53,862 nt of DNA, taken from positions 1-53,862 of the forward strand of contig CAWGPQ010000012.1 in the NCBI GenBank assembly GCA_963824495.1. The letters are read 5' to 3'. How positions within the stretch are numbered: the first letter of the stretch is position 1; every line of letters begins with the position of its first letter. This stretch comes from an uncultured bacterium (GTDB lineage: Bacteria > Babelota > Babeliae > Babelales > Babelaceae). The notes under the pieces are model-generated. The model saw only the letters and a list, made by a program, of their open reading frames with translations, did not search any database and was not told the DNA's origin. Shown one piece after another: positions 9,190 through 19,740 of this stretch. The translations under genes were made by a program, and so were the position numbers.

Positions 9190-10527
9190 ATGAACAAATA
9201 TATTTTGACGTTAGCAACTTTTATCACCTTTTTATTTGGTGTAAATCAGCTTATGAGTATGCAATCTGCTAATCAAGAACAAGTGCAGCTTAATACAACA
9301 TTAATACATGTGATAATAAATAAGAGGGAAAATATAGATACTGTAATTTCCTTACTAGAGCAGGGGGCAGATGTTAATTATGCCGATCGAGGTTGGACCC
9401 CCCTTATGTGGGCAGCTAGAGTTGGTAGTGCAGAGATGGTTAGTCTACTTATAGAGCATGGTGCAGGTATCAATCATGGGAGTGATCTTGGTACTTCTGC
9501 TCTTATAGAGGCAGCTAGAAATGGTCATACAGAGATAGTTAGAATTCTTCTGGAGCATAATGCTGATATTAACCACGTCAATGCTGATAGCGATACTGCC
9601 CTTACGGTGGCGGCTGAACGTAGATGCATAGACATAATTAGAATGCTTATAGAGTATGGTGCTAACATTGACGGTGTCAGTAAAGCTATTAAGCTCAACC
9701 TTCCTCGTATAGCTGTTGTTTTATCGAGCATGCTTGTGCGTTATGGTATGACTATTCCATCCACTTTATCAGCCGAATTTAGAAATATCGTCATACAAGA
9801 ATTAGGGCAAAACGGAATTTCACCGTTGGCTCTAGCAATTATTACTCGTGATAGAGCAGGCATTAAGGAGTTGCTATCTGGAGGTGCCAATGCCATTTTA
9901 GGTAAAATCATGAGCTCTTTCGCAAACAATAAAGTTAATAATCGCGATAACTTTGGCATGACAGCGTTACACTGGGCAGTTGCTCAAAATTATGGAGCAC
10001 TTGTTGAGGATTTACTGGCTGAGTACAATCCTAATCTAACTATACAAGACAACGAGGGTAATACCCCCCTACACTTAGCTGCACGTAATGGTAATGATCT
10101 TATGCTTCAAGTATTACTTGCCCATGGTGCAAATATTAATGCTACCAATACCAATGGCGATACTCCCTTACACCAAGCCGTCCGAGCTGGACGTACAACT
10201 ACAGCGGAACAGTTAATTCGTGCTGGTGCACAGATTGCTACCCCAAATAACAATGGGGAAACTGCTTGGAGTATAGCCATGAGGAACAATCAACATGAAC
10301 TAGCAAGCTTTATCGAGCGTAATGCTGCCCGTGCTCTATTACGATTGGTATCGCATAGTGGAGGACAAGCTTGCTTGGGTGTATTCTATACTAATAATAA
10401 TGGTACGGCGCAACCTTTAAATGTTCTGCCTGGTGGTGAGCTTCCTGCTGAGGTTACTGCTCTTATTGCTCAATATGCTATAGCTCGCGGTCTTCCTGCA
10501 CAAGCAAGATCAAATTCTAACTCCTAG
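9190..10527 (+). CDS. Secreted ankyrin-repeat protein with C-terminal F-box-like motif
   Basis: Signal-like N-terminus ending LMSMQ; multiple ankyrin repeats; LPAEVTALIAQYA. Confidence 0.9.
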   Translation: MNKYILTLATFITFLFGVNQLMSMQSANQEQVQLNTTLIHVIINKRENIDTVISLLEQGADVNYADRGWTPLMWAARVGSAEMVSLLIEHGAGINHGSDLGTSALIEAARNGHTEIVRILLEHNADINHVNADSDTALTVAAERRCIDIIRMLIEYGANIDGVSKAIKLNLPRIAVVLSSMLVRYGMTIPSTLSAEFRNIVIQELGQNGISPLALAIITRDRAGIKELLSGGANAILGKIMSSFANNKVNNRDNFGMTALHWAVAQNYGALVEDLLAEYNPNLTIQDNEGNTPLHLAARNGNDLMLQVLLAHGANINATNTNGDTPLHQAVRAGRTTTAEQLIRAGAQIATPNNNGETAWSIAMRNNQHELASFIERNAARALLRLVSHSGGQACLGVFYTNNNGTAQPLNVLPGGELPAEVTALIAQYAIARGLPAQARSNSNS

Positions 10528-10539
10528 CTTTCTGTATGG

Positions 10540-11358
10540 CTATGTTCGATACGGGAGGCCAAAGATGCGCTGGGCGTTGGCAGTAGTTGTACGCGCAACG
10601 GTATCAAAATCCGTTCCCAAAAGCTCGGCAATATAGTTGGCAATATAGTGAATATAGCGAGGGCTGTTCTGCTTACCACGAATTATTTGAGGTGGTAAAT
10701 ACGGTGAGTCGGTCTCCAAGACAATGTGATCAAGGCCTACTTTTTTTATAGTTTCATGGAGTATAGTGTTTTTTGGATATGTTATAATACCGCCGATACC
10801 AAGCACAAAGCCAAGATCTATAGCTTGGTGAGCAAAATGTTCGTCTTCCGAAAAACAGTGAATAGTGCCTCGTAGATTTGGATGCTTAAACTCTTGTAAA
10901 ATTCTTAGGGTAGCATCGCCAGCATTACGTGTATGAATAACGAGTGCTAGATCATACCGCAAAGCAAGTTCTATCTGGGCCCTAAAAACGTCTTGCTGCC
11001 GTTCAAGATTATAGTCAGGGTAATGGCGATCGATACCACACTCGCCTATTGCTACTATTTTGCTTTTTGTTGTTGATATAAGAAAGCTAGAGAGTTCTGC
11101 TAGATCGTCGGGCCAAAATTCAGTAGCGTCGTTAGGGTGAATGCCAATGGTAGCGTATACTCCAGAATATGCCTGTGCAAGTTCGATACTATTAATGCTT
11201 TCGATAAGACTTGTGCCAACGTTAACGATTATGGTAACGTGTGCCTGAGCAGCTTCATTAATAATAGCTTGAGCAGCGTAGAGCTCCTGTTTTTCAAGAA
11301 CTGTGTCAAAATCTTTTTTTACCATTATATTAAGGTGACAATGAGTGTCAATAAGCAT
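10540..11358 (-). CDS. tatD: TatD family nuclease
   Basis: MLIDTHCHL, GIHP, AIGECGID, IHTR, IHCFS, LETDSPYL motifs. Confidence 0.93.
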   Translation of the reverse strand: MLIDTHCHLNIMVKKDFDTVLEKQELYAAQAIINEAAQAHVTIIVNVGTSLIESINSIELAQAYSGVYATIGIHPNDATEFWPDDLAELSSFLISTTKSKIVAIGECGIDRHYPDYNLERQQDVFRAQIELALRYDLALVIHTRNAGDATLRILQEFKHPNLRGTIHCFSEDEHFAHQAIDLGFVLGIGGIITYPKNTILHETIKKVGLDHIVLETDSPYLPPQIIRGKQNSPRYIHYIANYIAELLGTDFDTVARTTTANAQRIFGLPYRT

Positions 11359-11531
11359 TATGGTCTCGCTAAAGGGTGATACGTAGCTTCTTTTGTTTGA
11401 CAAAGTATTAAATAAAACTAGTATATCTTACAACTCTAGCATGTCATGTCGAGCACGTCATGAAAAATATGAGAAAAAATGAAAAGCAGTGTAATAACCA
11501 ATGCTAACTTTTAACCCTAAGGAGTATTTAT

Positions 11532-11813
11532 ATGAATAAGACTGAGTTGATTGGTTCGCTCAGCGCAGAAACCGAACTTCCTAAAGACCACATTAAGCGT
11601 GTACTGGACGCGCTTCTGCGTAATATTGTGCGGGAGTTACGTAAAGATGGTAAGGTACAATGGTCTGGGTTTGGAACATTTGTCGTTGCCCGACGCCCGG
11701 CACGTATGGGAATCAACCCTGCTACTAAAGCACGCATTAGGCTTCCAGAGACTCACGTGCCAAAGTTTAAGCCAGGTAAAAACCTTAAAGAATTAATAAG
11801 GTTAGTTAAATAA
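11532..11813 (+). CDS. hup: HU family DNA-binding protein
   Basis: MNKTELI, GFGTF, RPARMGINPAT, PKFKPGKNLK. Confidence 0.93.
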   Translation: MNKTELIGSLSAETELPKDHIKRVLDALLRNIVRELRKDGKVQWSGFGTFVVARRPARMGINPATKARIRLPETHVPKFKPGKNLKELIRLVK

Positions 11814-11845
11814 ATTACGATCCGACGAAAAAGCTTTTGCCCCTT

Positions 11846-11873
11846 AAAGCCGCTTAGGCGGCTTTTTGCTTTT
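11846..11873 (+). terminator. Rho-independent terminator
   Basis: AAAGCCGC-TTAG-GCGGCTTT followed by a T tract. Confidence 0.8.
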
Positions 11874-11933
11874 CAAGCGTTAATTTTTCTAGTATCTTAT
11901 TATAAAATGGAGAGCTATCTCGAGGGTTGGCAC

Positions 11934-13175
11934 ATGATAGATTTAACGTTATTGCGAGAGTGTCCCCAGCGTGTTCTTGCTTTGATTAAAAGAAAGGATC
12001 CAACTTTTGATGGTGAACTTCTTATAACATTAGACGAACGTGTACGCAAGATCACCGTTGAAGTCGAAGCGCTGCGTGCCGAAAAAAATATGCTTGCCCG
12101 TCAAGCGCAGATGGGCGTATCACCGGAGCTTAGGCAGCGCTCGCGTGATATTGGAAACCTGCTTAAAGAAAAAGAAGAAGAGCTTAAAGAACTAACATGC
12201 CAGTTTAGAGAAGTATATCTCAGATGTCCAAATCCTGTACTTAACGATGTACCTGCTGGTGGTAAAGAAGCAAATCAAGTACTACGTGTTATAGGTACAA
12301 AACCCCTTTTTAATTTCCCTCATAAGAACCACGTTGAACTTGGTAAAAAACTTGGCTGGTTGGACTTTGAAGCTGCTGCAGCAATAACGGGAACACAGTT
12401 TGCGCTCTATAAAGCAGATGGCGTACGGTTGCTCTATGCATTAACTTTTTTTATGCTCGATAATGCTCTTAAGCATGGCTATACGCCGGTGCTGCCACCT
12501 TATCTTGTAAATGAAAAATCGCTTGAGGGAGCAGGTAACTTTCCCAAATTTAAAGATGATGTATACGCTGTTGAACGTGATTGCTTGTATCTTGTGCCTA
12601 CATCTGAAGTAAGCCTTACGAATCTTTATCGTGATACTATTTTTCTTGAAGATGAATTGCCCATTCGTATGACATCATGGACAAGCTGCTTTAGGCGAGA
12701 GGCAGGTGGTTATGGTGCAACTGAACGAGGTCTGATACGTATTCACGAATTTGAAAAAATTGAATTATATACCGTATGCACACCTCAAGAGTCATTACGC
12801 GAGCTTGACCGTATGATTGCCTGTGCAGAAACGATTTTGCATAAGCTCGGGCTGCATTACCGCGTGAGTCTTTTAGCAGCTCAAGATTGTGGGTTTCAGG
12901 CCGCTAAGACCTATGATATTGAAGTATGGCTTCCGGGGCAGGGAGAATATAAAGAAGTTTCTTCAGCAAGTACTTGTACAGATTTTCAGGCTCGGCGTTG
13001 TTCGTTACGATATCGCAGGCGAGTGGGCGAAAAAACGTGGTTAGTGCATACGCTTAATGCTTCAGCTTTAGCCGTACCACGCTTAATGGTTGCGCTTATG
13101 GAAACATATCAACAGCAAGATGGTTCTATAAAAGTACCAGATATACTTACGCCATTTATGATTGGATGCTTATAA
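11934..13175 (+). CDS. serS: Seryl-tRNA synthetase
   Basis: YLVPTSEV, CFRREAG, RGLIRIHEFEKIE, KTYDIEVW, EVSSASTCTDFQARR, HTLNAS. Confidence 0.97.
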   Translation: MIDLTLLRECPQRVLALIKRKDPTFDGELLITLDERVRKITVEVEALRAEKNMLARQAQMGVSPELRQRSRDIGNLLKEKEEELKELTCQFREVYLRCPNPVLNDVPAGGKEANQVLRVIGTKPLFNFPHKNHVELGKKLGWLDFEAAAAITGTQFALYKADGVRLLYALTFFMLDNALKHGYTPVLPPYLVNEKSLEGAGNFPKFKDDVYAVERDCLYLVPTSEVSLTNLYRDTIFLEDELPIRMTSWTSCFRREAGGYGATERGLIRIHEFEKIELYTVCTPQESLRELDRMIACAETILHKLGLHYRVSLLAAQDCGFQAAKTYDIEVWLPGQGEYKEVSSASTCTDFQARRCSLRYRRRVGEKTWLVHTLNASALAVPRLMVALMETYQQQDGSIKVPDILTPFMIGCL

Positions 13176-14054
13176 GTGGGAGACTCAGCTGTGCTCAGCT
13201 CTGAAATTATGCACAAAATTAACCAGATTACTCTTGAGACGCGTCGGTTATTACGAGGAAATCTGGCGGGTGATCATAGAACCACTCAAATTGGTATGGG
13301 ATTTGAATTTGACCAATTACGTGATTATCAGCAGGGTGATGATATACGGTATATTGATTGGAAAAGTTCTGCCCGGAGCGATAAGTTTTTTATTCGTCAA
13401 TATCGTGAGGAGCGTAACCGCACCGTTGTGCTTCTCGTTGATGGTTCAAGTTCACAGAGCTATGGTTCATTGGCAACACTTAAGTATGAGCTATCCGCTC
13501 AAGTGTCAAGTGTTATAGCTCTTGCAGCAGATTACTCTCAGGATTACACGGGGCTTATAGTGTTTAGTGACATGCTTGAAGCAAGCATTCCGGCTCGACG
13601 TGCAAAGGGCCACACGGTACAGGTTATGCATGCGCTTTTTGGTTACGCTCCCGTTCATAAGAAAACCTCACTTGCTCAAGCGCTCGTTTACTGCATGAGT
13701 AAGTATCCCAAGAATGCCCTTATATGCATCGTTTCAGACTTTATTGACGAGGGTTTTGAAGGGCTACTACGTGCAGCTGCTCAAAGACATGATATTGTAG
13801 CGCTACGTATTATTGATAAAAATGAACGTGTCTTCCCTGCTATGAGCATGATACGCTTATGTGATAGTGAAGATGCTACGCTTATGGAATGCTCAAGCTT
13901 GTCTGATATCACTGCTTTAAATATTTTTGTTCATGAGTGGCGTCAAGCACAAGATAGGCTTTTTAAGCACCTTGGCATTGATTGTCTTGATATTGACTCA
14001 GAACGCCCCTTTATTGCTGACATCATCCAATTTTTTAGAATGCGAAAGATTTGA
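13176..14054 (+). CDS. DUF58 (MoxR-associated, vWA-like) protein
   Basis: GFEFDQLRDYQQGDDIRYIDWKSSAR, EERNR, DGSSS, IVSDF. Confidence 0.9.
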   Translation: MGDSAVLSSEIMHKINQITLETRRLLRGNLAGDHRTTQIGMGFEFDQLRDYQQGDDIRYIDWKSSARSDKFFIRQYREERNRTVVLLVDGSSSQSYGSLATLKYELSAQVSSVIALAADYSQDYTGLIVFSDMLEASIPARRAKGHTVQVMHALFGYAPVHKKTSLAQALVYCMSKYPKNALICIVSDFIDEGFEGLLRAAAQRHDIVALRIIDKNERVFPAMSMIRLCDSEDATLMECSSLSDITALNIFVHEWRQAQDRLFKHLGIDCLDIDSERPFIADIIQFFRMRKI

Positions 14055-14060
14055 CGGATT

Positions 14061-14594
14061 ATGGTCACTACCCAACAATATGATGACGCCTGGTTGAGTG
14101 ATATTTATGATATGTGGTATCCCTCATGGTATCATAACCCATGGCTTTGGGGTCTGCTGGGTATGCTTATAGTTGGCAGTGCTCTTATCCTTTGGTTATG
14201 CTGGAGAGCATATACGTTATCTGATAGGCCCTTTCTGACACGTGAGCAAGAGGTCCGTCAGCGCTTAGCGTCACTCTCAGTTGAATCGGTACATTCTTCT
14301 GAGTCATGTAAAAATTTTTACGGTGAACTTACGTGTATTATTAAATGCTGTCTTGCTTATGGCTGTGATTATCAATTAGCACATTTAACTGATAGCGAAT
14401 TACTTGATTATGTAAAAACAACTACGCTTCCTCAAGAGGTCATCAGTGATATTGAGCGTATTGTTCTTGTTGCAACTGAGGCTAAGTTTGCACAGTGGAT
14501 CGCTTTGAAAAAGCAACTAGAAGAGGATAGAGCAGATATTGAAAAACTGCTTGATATATGCTCAAAAAATGGGATAGGGCAAAATGCCACTTGA
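14061..14594 (+). CDS. Single-TM hypothetical protein (MoxR/Bat-operon type)
   Basis: N-terminal TM segment; LTDSEL and AKFA motifs typical of proteins that follow DUF58. Confidence 0.65.
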   Translation: MVTTQQYDDAWLSDIYDMWYPSWYHNPWLWGLLGMLIVGSALILWLCWRAYTLSDRPFLTREQEVRQRLASLSVESVHSSESCKNFYGELTCIIKCCLAYGCDYQLAHLTDSELLDYVKTTTLPQEVISDIERIVLVATEAKFAQWIALKKQLEEDRADIEKLLDICSKNGIGQNAT

Positions 14595-14660
14595 CAAGCC
14601 TGTTACACTAGAATGAGCACTTGACAGTAAAAATTATGTGTTTTTAATAAGGGATACGTT

Positions 14661-15122
14661 ATGGCTAAACATGTTGGAGTTAAGTTACCAGAAGATCTTA
14701 TACAAGTACTCAAGAGTGAAAAAACAGTTGCTACACTCGCAACATTTTCTGAAAAAGGCTTGCCACATACGACTCCTATTCAGTGTGTTTACCCAAAAGG
14801 TCTTGAAAGTATCTTGATGTCAATTCATAAAGAACACACAGGTTATCATAATATGGTGTGGCAAAAAAAAGTTATGCTGTCGTTTTTAGATGAAAATAAT
14901 GTTGCTTATAGTGTTTTAGGACGTGCTGGTGTTGTACGAGCTCCATCTACAGTGCATCCCTTAATGAATGTTGTACGTATTGATATAATTGATATTAAGA
15001 GTGATCGTTCAGTTTTAACACGGGTGGACTCAGGTGTTCGGTGGAGCTATACCTCTCCTGAAGCTGAAGAATTGGTAGAAGCCCTTATGGATGAGCTTAA
15101 GGAACTATCACGGACTCTCTAA
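14661..15122 (+). CDS. Pyridoxamine 5'-phosphate oxidase-like FMN-binding protein
   Basis: ATLATFSEKGLPHTTPI split-barrel signature. Confidence 0.7.
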   Translation: MAKHVGVKLPEDLIQVLKSEKTVATLATFSEKGLPHTTPIQCVYPKGLESILMSIHKEHTGYHNMVWQKKVMLSFLDENNVAYSVLGRAGVVRAPSTVHPLMNVVRIDIIDIKSDRSVLTRVDSGVRWSYTSPEAEELVEALMDELKELSRTL

Positions 15123-15160
15123 GAATTTCTTGGCTTTTTTTATAGGTGAAGGAACTTGTT

Positions 15161-16210
15161 ATGAATGACATTATGCTCAGTATAGGCACCCTGTGTTTGA
15201 TATTTTTAACCATATGTGGTTATGCTGCGGAGTCTACGTTCAAGTTCCCGCTCGGCGTGCCGCCCGTTCCTGGCACTCAACCTAAAGTCCCGGGGGTTCC
15301 TGGGACACCCGGAGAAGGCGAAAAATGGCAACGCACTCCTGAACCAAAAGAAACAAGCAAGCCTGATGAAGGACGAGGTAATTGGGTTTATAAACAGCAA
15401 TTCTTGAAAAAAGCCCGCTCACTTGATGAAAAAATTCATCAGCATGTAGCTACTATCGAATCGTTACAAGGGGTGTACTTTAAAAAACGAGGTGCAAGTG
15501 ACAAAGAACTTGAACAATTTTATCAATCGCTCAAGTTTGAGCAGGGGGAACTTGAGGAGCTTTTAACACAGTTAACTAAGAATCTTGAAAAAGAGCGCGA
15601 AGAGCAGGGACAGCTTCCGGAACCTGAGCGTGAGCTGCTTGCAACTATTACGACACAAAAAGAGGAAGTTGAACAATTGCAACGAGATGCTGCTCATGTT
15701 AGAAATATTGATACTGCACTTGATCAAGCTATTACCGTGTTGCTTGATCAAATTAATGCTGCACGTAGATATGAACAAAAGTCATGGGAAAATTATGATA
15801 AAATTTCACAGGTACTGAATGATCGTATTGCTGAACAGCTTTATCTTGGCATAAAAGGCTTTTTAGAAAATGTAGAAGCTATTGAGCGCTATCTTCAGGG
15901 ACCTCTAGATCAGTACGTTGACCAGAGTATACAAGCGTTGCGTAATTATATGGACAAGGTTACCGTACAAATCAAGCATCTCAAACAGCAGGGTGTTATG
16001 GTAGAGAAACATGTAGTAGAAGAAGAAGCACGGGAAGCCCAAGCACGTAAACAACGAGAGCTTGAAGAGCAACAGGCGGCAAAAGCTGCCCTTGAAGCAC
16101 AACGCAAGGCAGCAGCACGAACGTGGTGGCAGCGCACAAGAGATTGGCTCAGTAATCTTGGCAATCGTCTTGCTGCATTGGTATCTTATCCTTCAAACAA
16201 GAGCACCTGA
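15161..16210 (+). CDS. Secreted coiled-coil hypothetical protein
   Basis: Signal peptide, Pro/Gly-rich linker, long E/Q/K helical region. Confidence 0.75.
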   Translation: MNDIMLSIGTLCLIFLTICGYAAESTFKFPLGVPPVPGTQPKVPGVPGTPGEGEKWQRTPEPKETSKPDEGRGNWVYKQQFLKKARSLDEKIHQHVATIESLQGVYFKKRGASDKELEQFYQSLKFEQGELEELLTQLTKNLEKEREEQGQLPEPERELLATITTQKEEVEQLQRDAAHVRNIDTALDQAITVLLDQINAARRYEQKSWENYDKISQVLNDRIAEQLYLGIKGFLENVEAIERYLQGPLDQYVDQSIQALRNYMDKVTVQIKHLKQQGVMVEKHVVEEEAREAQARKQRELEEQQAAKAALEAQRKAAARTWWQRTRDWLSNLGNRLAALVSYPSNKST

Positions 16211-16273
16211 TTAAGATTTGATAAGGCTTCTTAAATCTGATAAACTAACTTCATAGCTGAGAAATTTTTACGG

Positions 16274-16360
16274 GCGGAAGTGGTGAAACTGGCAGACACG
16301 CAGCTTTGAGGGGGCTGTGGGAGTAATCCCGTGGGGGTTCGAGTCCCTTCTTCCGCACCA
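16274..16360 (+). tRNA. tRNA-Leu(GAG)
   Basis: GCGGAAG/CTTCCGC acceptor stem, anticodon GAG, long variable arm, GTTCGA, CCA. Confidence 0.95.
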
Positions 16361-16408
16361 GTATATAGGTTGTAGTGAAGTTATAAGCACTCTATAAGGA
16401 ATCTTGTC

Positions 16409-17968
16409 ATGACGGTATCATTTCGTCGTCTTCTTTCTCCAAGCTTATTGTTTTGGCTTACTGTTACGCTTGTTGGAAGTTATTTTCTAGTTCACCTAAA
16501 AAAGTATGTTAATTTTGGTATTGACCTTGTCGGTGGAACCTATATTACACTTGAGGTTCAGCTGGATAAGGCTGTTGAGAGCGATATTGCTGACCGCGTT
16601 CAGGCTCTTTTGTTTAAGCTGAAGAAACATGATTTGGAAGCACCGACGATTCGCGTAGAGAAGGGTCAAGCTACGTTAACGTTCAGTACGCAAGCAGCAG
16701 CAACGGCAGCCTATCATATATTTTCTGAGCAGCAAGCTTATAGTGAAATGCTTCAGCAGCAAGGAAATCGTTTAGTGCTTACGTTACCAAACGAAGAAAT
16801 TAAGCGTATTAAAGATGAAGCAGTACAGAGCAATATAACCGTACTGCGTCGGCGTCTTGATCCCTTTGGTGCTGGTGAAATAACCATTGCACCTCAAGGT
16901 GATAGAAATATTATTATTGAGCTGCCTAATGTTCATAACCCTCAACAGGCAAAGTCTATGATTGGCAAAGCAGCTTTGTTAGAGATTAAGGTAGTCGAAG
17001 ACTCAGGCATGACACCCGATGATATCCTGGCCAAATATGGTGGACAACTTCCTGAAGGAACTATCATAGTTCCTCAAAAAGAGCCAATTGTGCCCGGTCA
17101 AGCACGCTATTACTTGGTTCCGAGCTATACCGATATTACCGGTAAGCTTCTTAAAGATGCCCATATGGACTTCGGTGGCACTACGGGCACTCAACCGGTT
17201 GTCAGCTTTACGTTAAAGCCTGAAGGTGCTGAACGATTCTACGAATTAACCAGCAATAATCGTGGTCGGCAACTAGCTATACTGATTGATGGTACCGTTA
17301 TTACTGCCCCCGTCGTTAATGAAGCTATTAGTGCTCAAGGCCAAATTAGCGGTTCATTTACCGCTGAAAGTGCTCAAGAGCTTGCTGCATTACTCAAGTC
17401 CGGAGCGTTTGCTGCACCAGTTACCTTTGAAGAAGAGCGCCATATCGGTCCTTCACTGGGACAAGAATCCATTCGTCAAGGCTTGATAGCCTGTACTGTG
17501 GGTCTAACTCTCTTATTAGTGTTTAGCATAGCGATATACAAAACAGCAGGTTTGCTGGCGTTTATTGTTTTGCTGTATAACATCTTATTTATTCTCCTAG
17601 GGCTTGCGTTTTTAGGCGGTACTCTGACGTTGCCAGGAATAGCGGGTATGATTTTGACTGTTGGCATGGCAATTGATGCCTCAATTTTGATCTATGAGCG
17701 CATTAAAGAAGAGCTTGGGCAAGGAGCTACGCTGAGTAACGCCGTCAATACGGGATTCGCCGGTGCTTTGCGTGTGATTCTTGACGCAAATATTACGCAC
17801 TTTTTAGTTGCTTTAGTACTCTATAAGTTAGGTTCTGGTCCTATTAAGGGCTTTGCGGTAACGATGATTATTGGTATACTATCAACATTAGTTACCGGAC
17901 TGCTTCTTCTAAGATGGTTCTTTAATTTTTTTATTAATAATCTTGGTATTCAAAAAATACGTATTTAG
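16409..17968 (+). CDS. secD: Protein translocase subunit SecD
   Basis: GIDLVGG, LRRRLD, IGPSLG, LTLPGIAGMILTVGMAIDA, ILDANIT, GPIKGFA. Confidence 0.96.
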   Translation: MTVSFRRLLSPSLLFWLTVTLVGSYFLVHLKKYVNFGIDLVGGTYITLEVQLDKAVESDIADRVQALLFKLKKHDLEAPTIRVEKGQATLTFSTQAAATAAYHIFSEQQAYSEMLQQQGNRLVLTLPNEEIKRIKDEAVQSNITVLRRRLDPFGAGEITIAPQGDRNIIIELPNVHNPQQAKSMIGKAALLEIKVVEDSGMTPDDILAKYGGQLPEGTIIVPQKEPIVPGQARYYLVPSYTDITGKLLKDAHMDFGGTTGTQPVVSFTLKPEGAERFYELTSNNRGRQLAILIDGTVITAPVVNEAISAQGQISGSFTAESAQELAALLKSGAFAAPVTFEEERHIGPSLGQESIRQGLIACTVGLTLLLVFSIAIYKTAGLLAFIVLLYNILFILLGLAFLGGTLTLPGIAGMILTVGMAIDASILIYERIKEELGQGATLSNAVNTGFAGALRVILDANITHFLVALVLYKLGSGPIKGFAVTMIIGILSTLVTGLLLLRWFFNFFINNLGIQKIRI

Positions 17969-17984
17969 CGATAAAGCATAACGA

Positions 17985-18061
17985 GGCGACGTAGCTCAGC
18001 TGGTTAGAGCGGCGGAATCATAATCCGTAGGTCCGGGGTTCGAGTCCCTGCGTCGCCACCA
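17985..18061 (+). tRNA. tRNA-Met(CAT), elongator type
   Basis: Paired G1:C72 acceptor stem GGCGACG/CGTCGCC, anticodon CAT, CCA. Confidence 0.92.
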
Positions 18062-18071
18062 TTGGCAATCT

Positions 18072-18665
18072 ATGCGAGTTTTCACGCTTACTCTCCCTCT
18101 TGTCCTTACGTTGAGTCGATTATTTCTTTCGCCGTTCATTATGCCATTAGGGATTGCATTGCTTGCTCCCCTTAATAGTTTACTAGGCAATAGCTTGCTT
18201 GCTGGTATTTTTATAACCTTGAGTTTAACTGATTATTTTGATGGTCACTTTGCGCGCAAGTATAGGCAGGAAACAATGCTTGGAAAACTTCTTGACCCTG
18301 TGGCTGACAAATTCTTGGTATTCTCTACGCTTATAGCACTTGTTCATGTTCATAAGCTCTTTTTTTATTGGGCTATTATTATAATAGGTCGAGAGTTTTT
18401 TATTATGGGATTACGTGAGCTAGCATTGAACTACGGCTTTACACTTCCTGTAACCTGGCTGGGAAAGCTTAAAACAACCGTTCAAATGATGTTTTTAGCA
18501 TGGGTGCTTCTTAACCCTTACCAACATGAGGGGAACGAAGCATACTGGTATAATCATATAGAGTCAGTATTGTTATATATAACTCTTATGCTTACGCTTA
18601 CTTCTGCACTACTCTATTATCGAACATTTATCAGGTCTTTAGCTGTCACAAAAGCTTCTCACTGA
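18072..18665 (+). CDS. pgsA: CDP-diacylglycerol--glycerol-3-phosphate 3-phosphatidyltransferase
   Basis: TDYFDGHFAR...GKLLDPVADK; GKLKTTVQM. Confidence 0.93.
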   Translation: MRVFTLTLPLVLTLSRLFLSPFIMPLGIALLAPLNSLLGNSLLAGIFITLSLTDYFDGHFARKYRQETMLGKLLDPVADKFLVFSTLIALVHVHKLFFYWAIIIIGREFFIMGLRELALNYGFTLPVTWLGKLKTTVQMMFLAWVLLNPYQHEGNEAYWYNHIESVLLYITLMLTLTSALLYYRTFIRSLAVTKASH

Positions 18666-19324
18666 AATTTCTTATGAAATTGTTTAATAATAGATTCAGT
18701 AAGATTATCAGCTAGCTTGAGGTTAGCGTCAAGTGCTTCATCAGTTATGCGAGCATTTTTGCTCCAGTCTTTAGCAAGTGCTGTTGTTACGTCTTGAGCC
18801 GTTAGACTTAGATAGTTACCCATCAACCGAGACAGAGAGTTTGTGGATATATATCGATTAATACTGTTTAATAAAAGGGCTAATTCTTGGGTGTTCTCTC
18901 TCCAAAGCTGGGCTACTTGTTGAGCCTTTTTGGTATCTTTAAGGGCAAGAGCTTGGCCAAGTTCTGCATGATACTGTATAAGTCTCTTGAAAAGAGTAGC
19001 AATCCCATTGGCTAGATCTTTGCGATAGTATGGCGCAAATGCTGCACCGATAGCATCGGCGTTTTGTAGAGATCGTGTCATGAGCGTGCTCAGCTCTTGA
19101 GCGTCAGCACCACTCGTTAAAGCTATATTGTATAAATGATCATATCGAGCATAGTCGGTAAATAGCTTATTAAACTTGTTTTTGAAATTGTAGTAGCTAT
19201 AGATATCAAGTGAACGGTCTTTTCCCCCAAGCCAGTGAGGCCAATGTAAAGAATACGCCTCAACCTGAGATCCAAGACTAATCACCATAACCAATAGTGC
19301 AAGAGAACGCATACTATAGTTCAT
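18659..19324 (-). CDS. Secreted helical hypothetical protein
   Basis: RBS AAGGAG before ATG 19324; signal peptide ending VEA. Confidence 0.7.
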   Translation of the reverse strand: MNYSMRSLALLVMVISLGSQVEAYSLHWPHWLGGKDRSLDIYSYYNFKNKFNKLFTDYARYDHLYNIALTSGADAQELSTLMTRSLQNADAIGAAFAPYYRKDLANGIATLFKRLIQYHAELGQALALKDTKKAQQVAQLWRENTQELALLLNSINRYISTNSLSRLMGNYLSLTAQDVTTALAKDWSKNARITDEALDANLKLADNLTESIIKQFHKKFQ

Positions 19325-19740
19325 GCGATGACTCCTTATACTTGTTACTTTTCTTTTCATATATTGTTTCTATTATAGAATATAACCGATAATGTTGTCT
19401 AAAATCAAGAATTTTAATTTCTGCTTTAAAATTAATACTTGACTCCTACCTAACAGATACTTTATTATTTTGATAGGAGATGCCCATGAGCATAATCTCC
19501 CGTGCCAATCAAGCCCCTTCGTGTTATAAGGATATTAGGGGTTCTTTTTTTGCAGATACCAGGGAAACGCTTGGCTATTCAAGACAGAATTTCAGCAACA
19601 TGTCATAACGCTAGGCCAAGATTAAGAGATAATCTTTAATAAATACACAAACAGGGAGAATGCAATGACGATAGTTTTAAACAAAAAACGATATTATCTG
19701 TTTTTTACTAACCGCACACCTCTGTTTGCAAGAAATATCT

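Noticed and set aside
17996..18190. 64-aa minus-strand ORF
   Set aside because: Antisense shadow of tRNA-Met and pgsA
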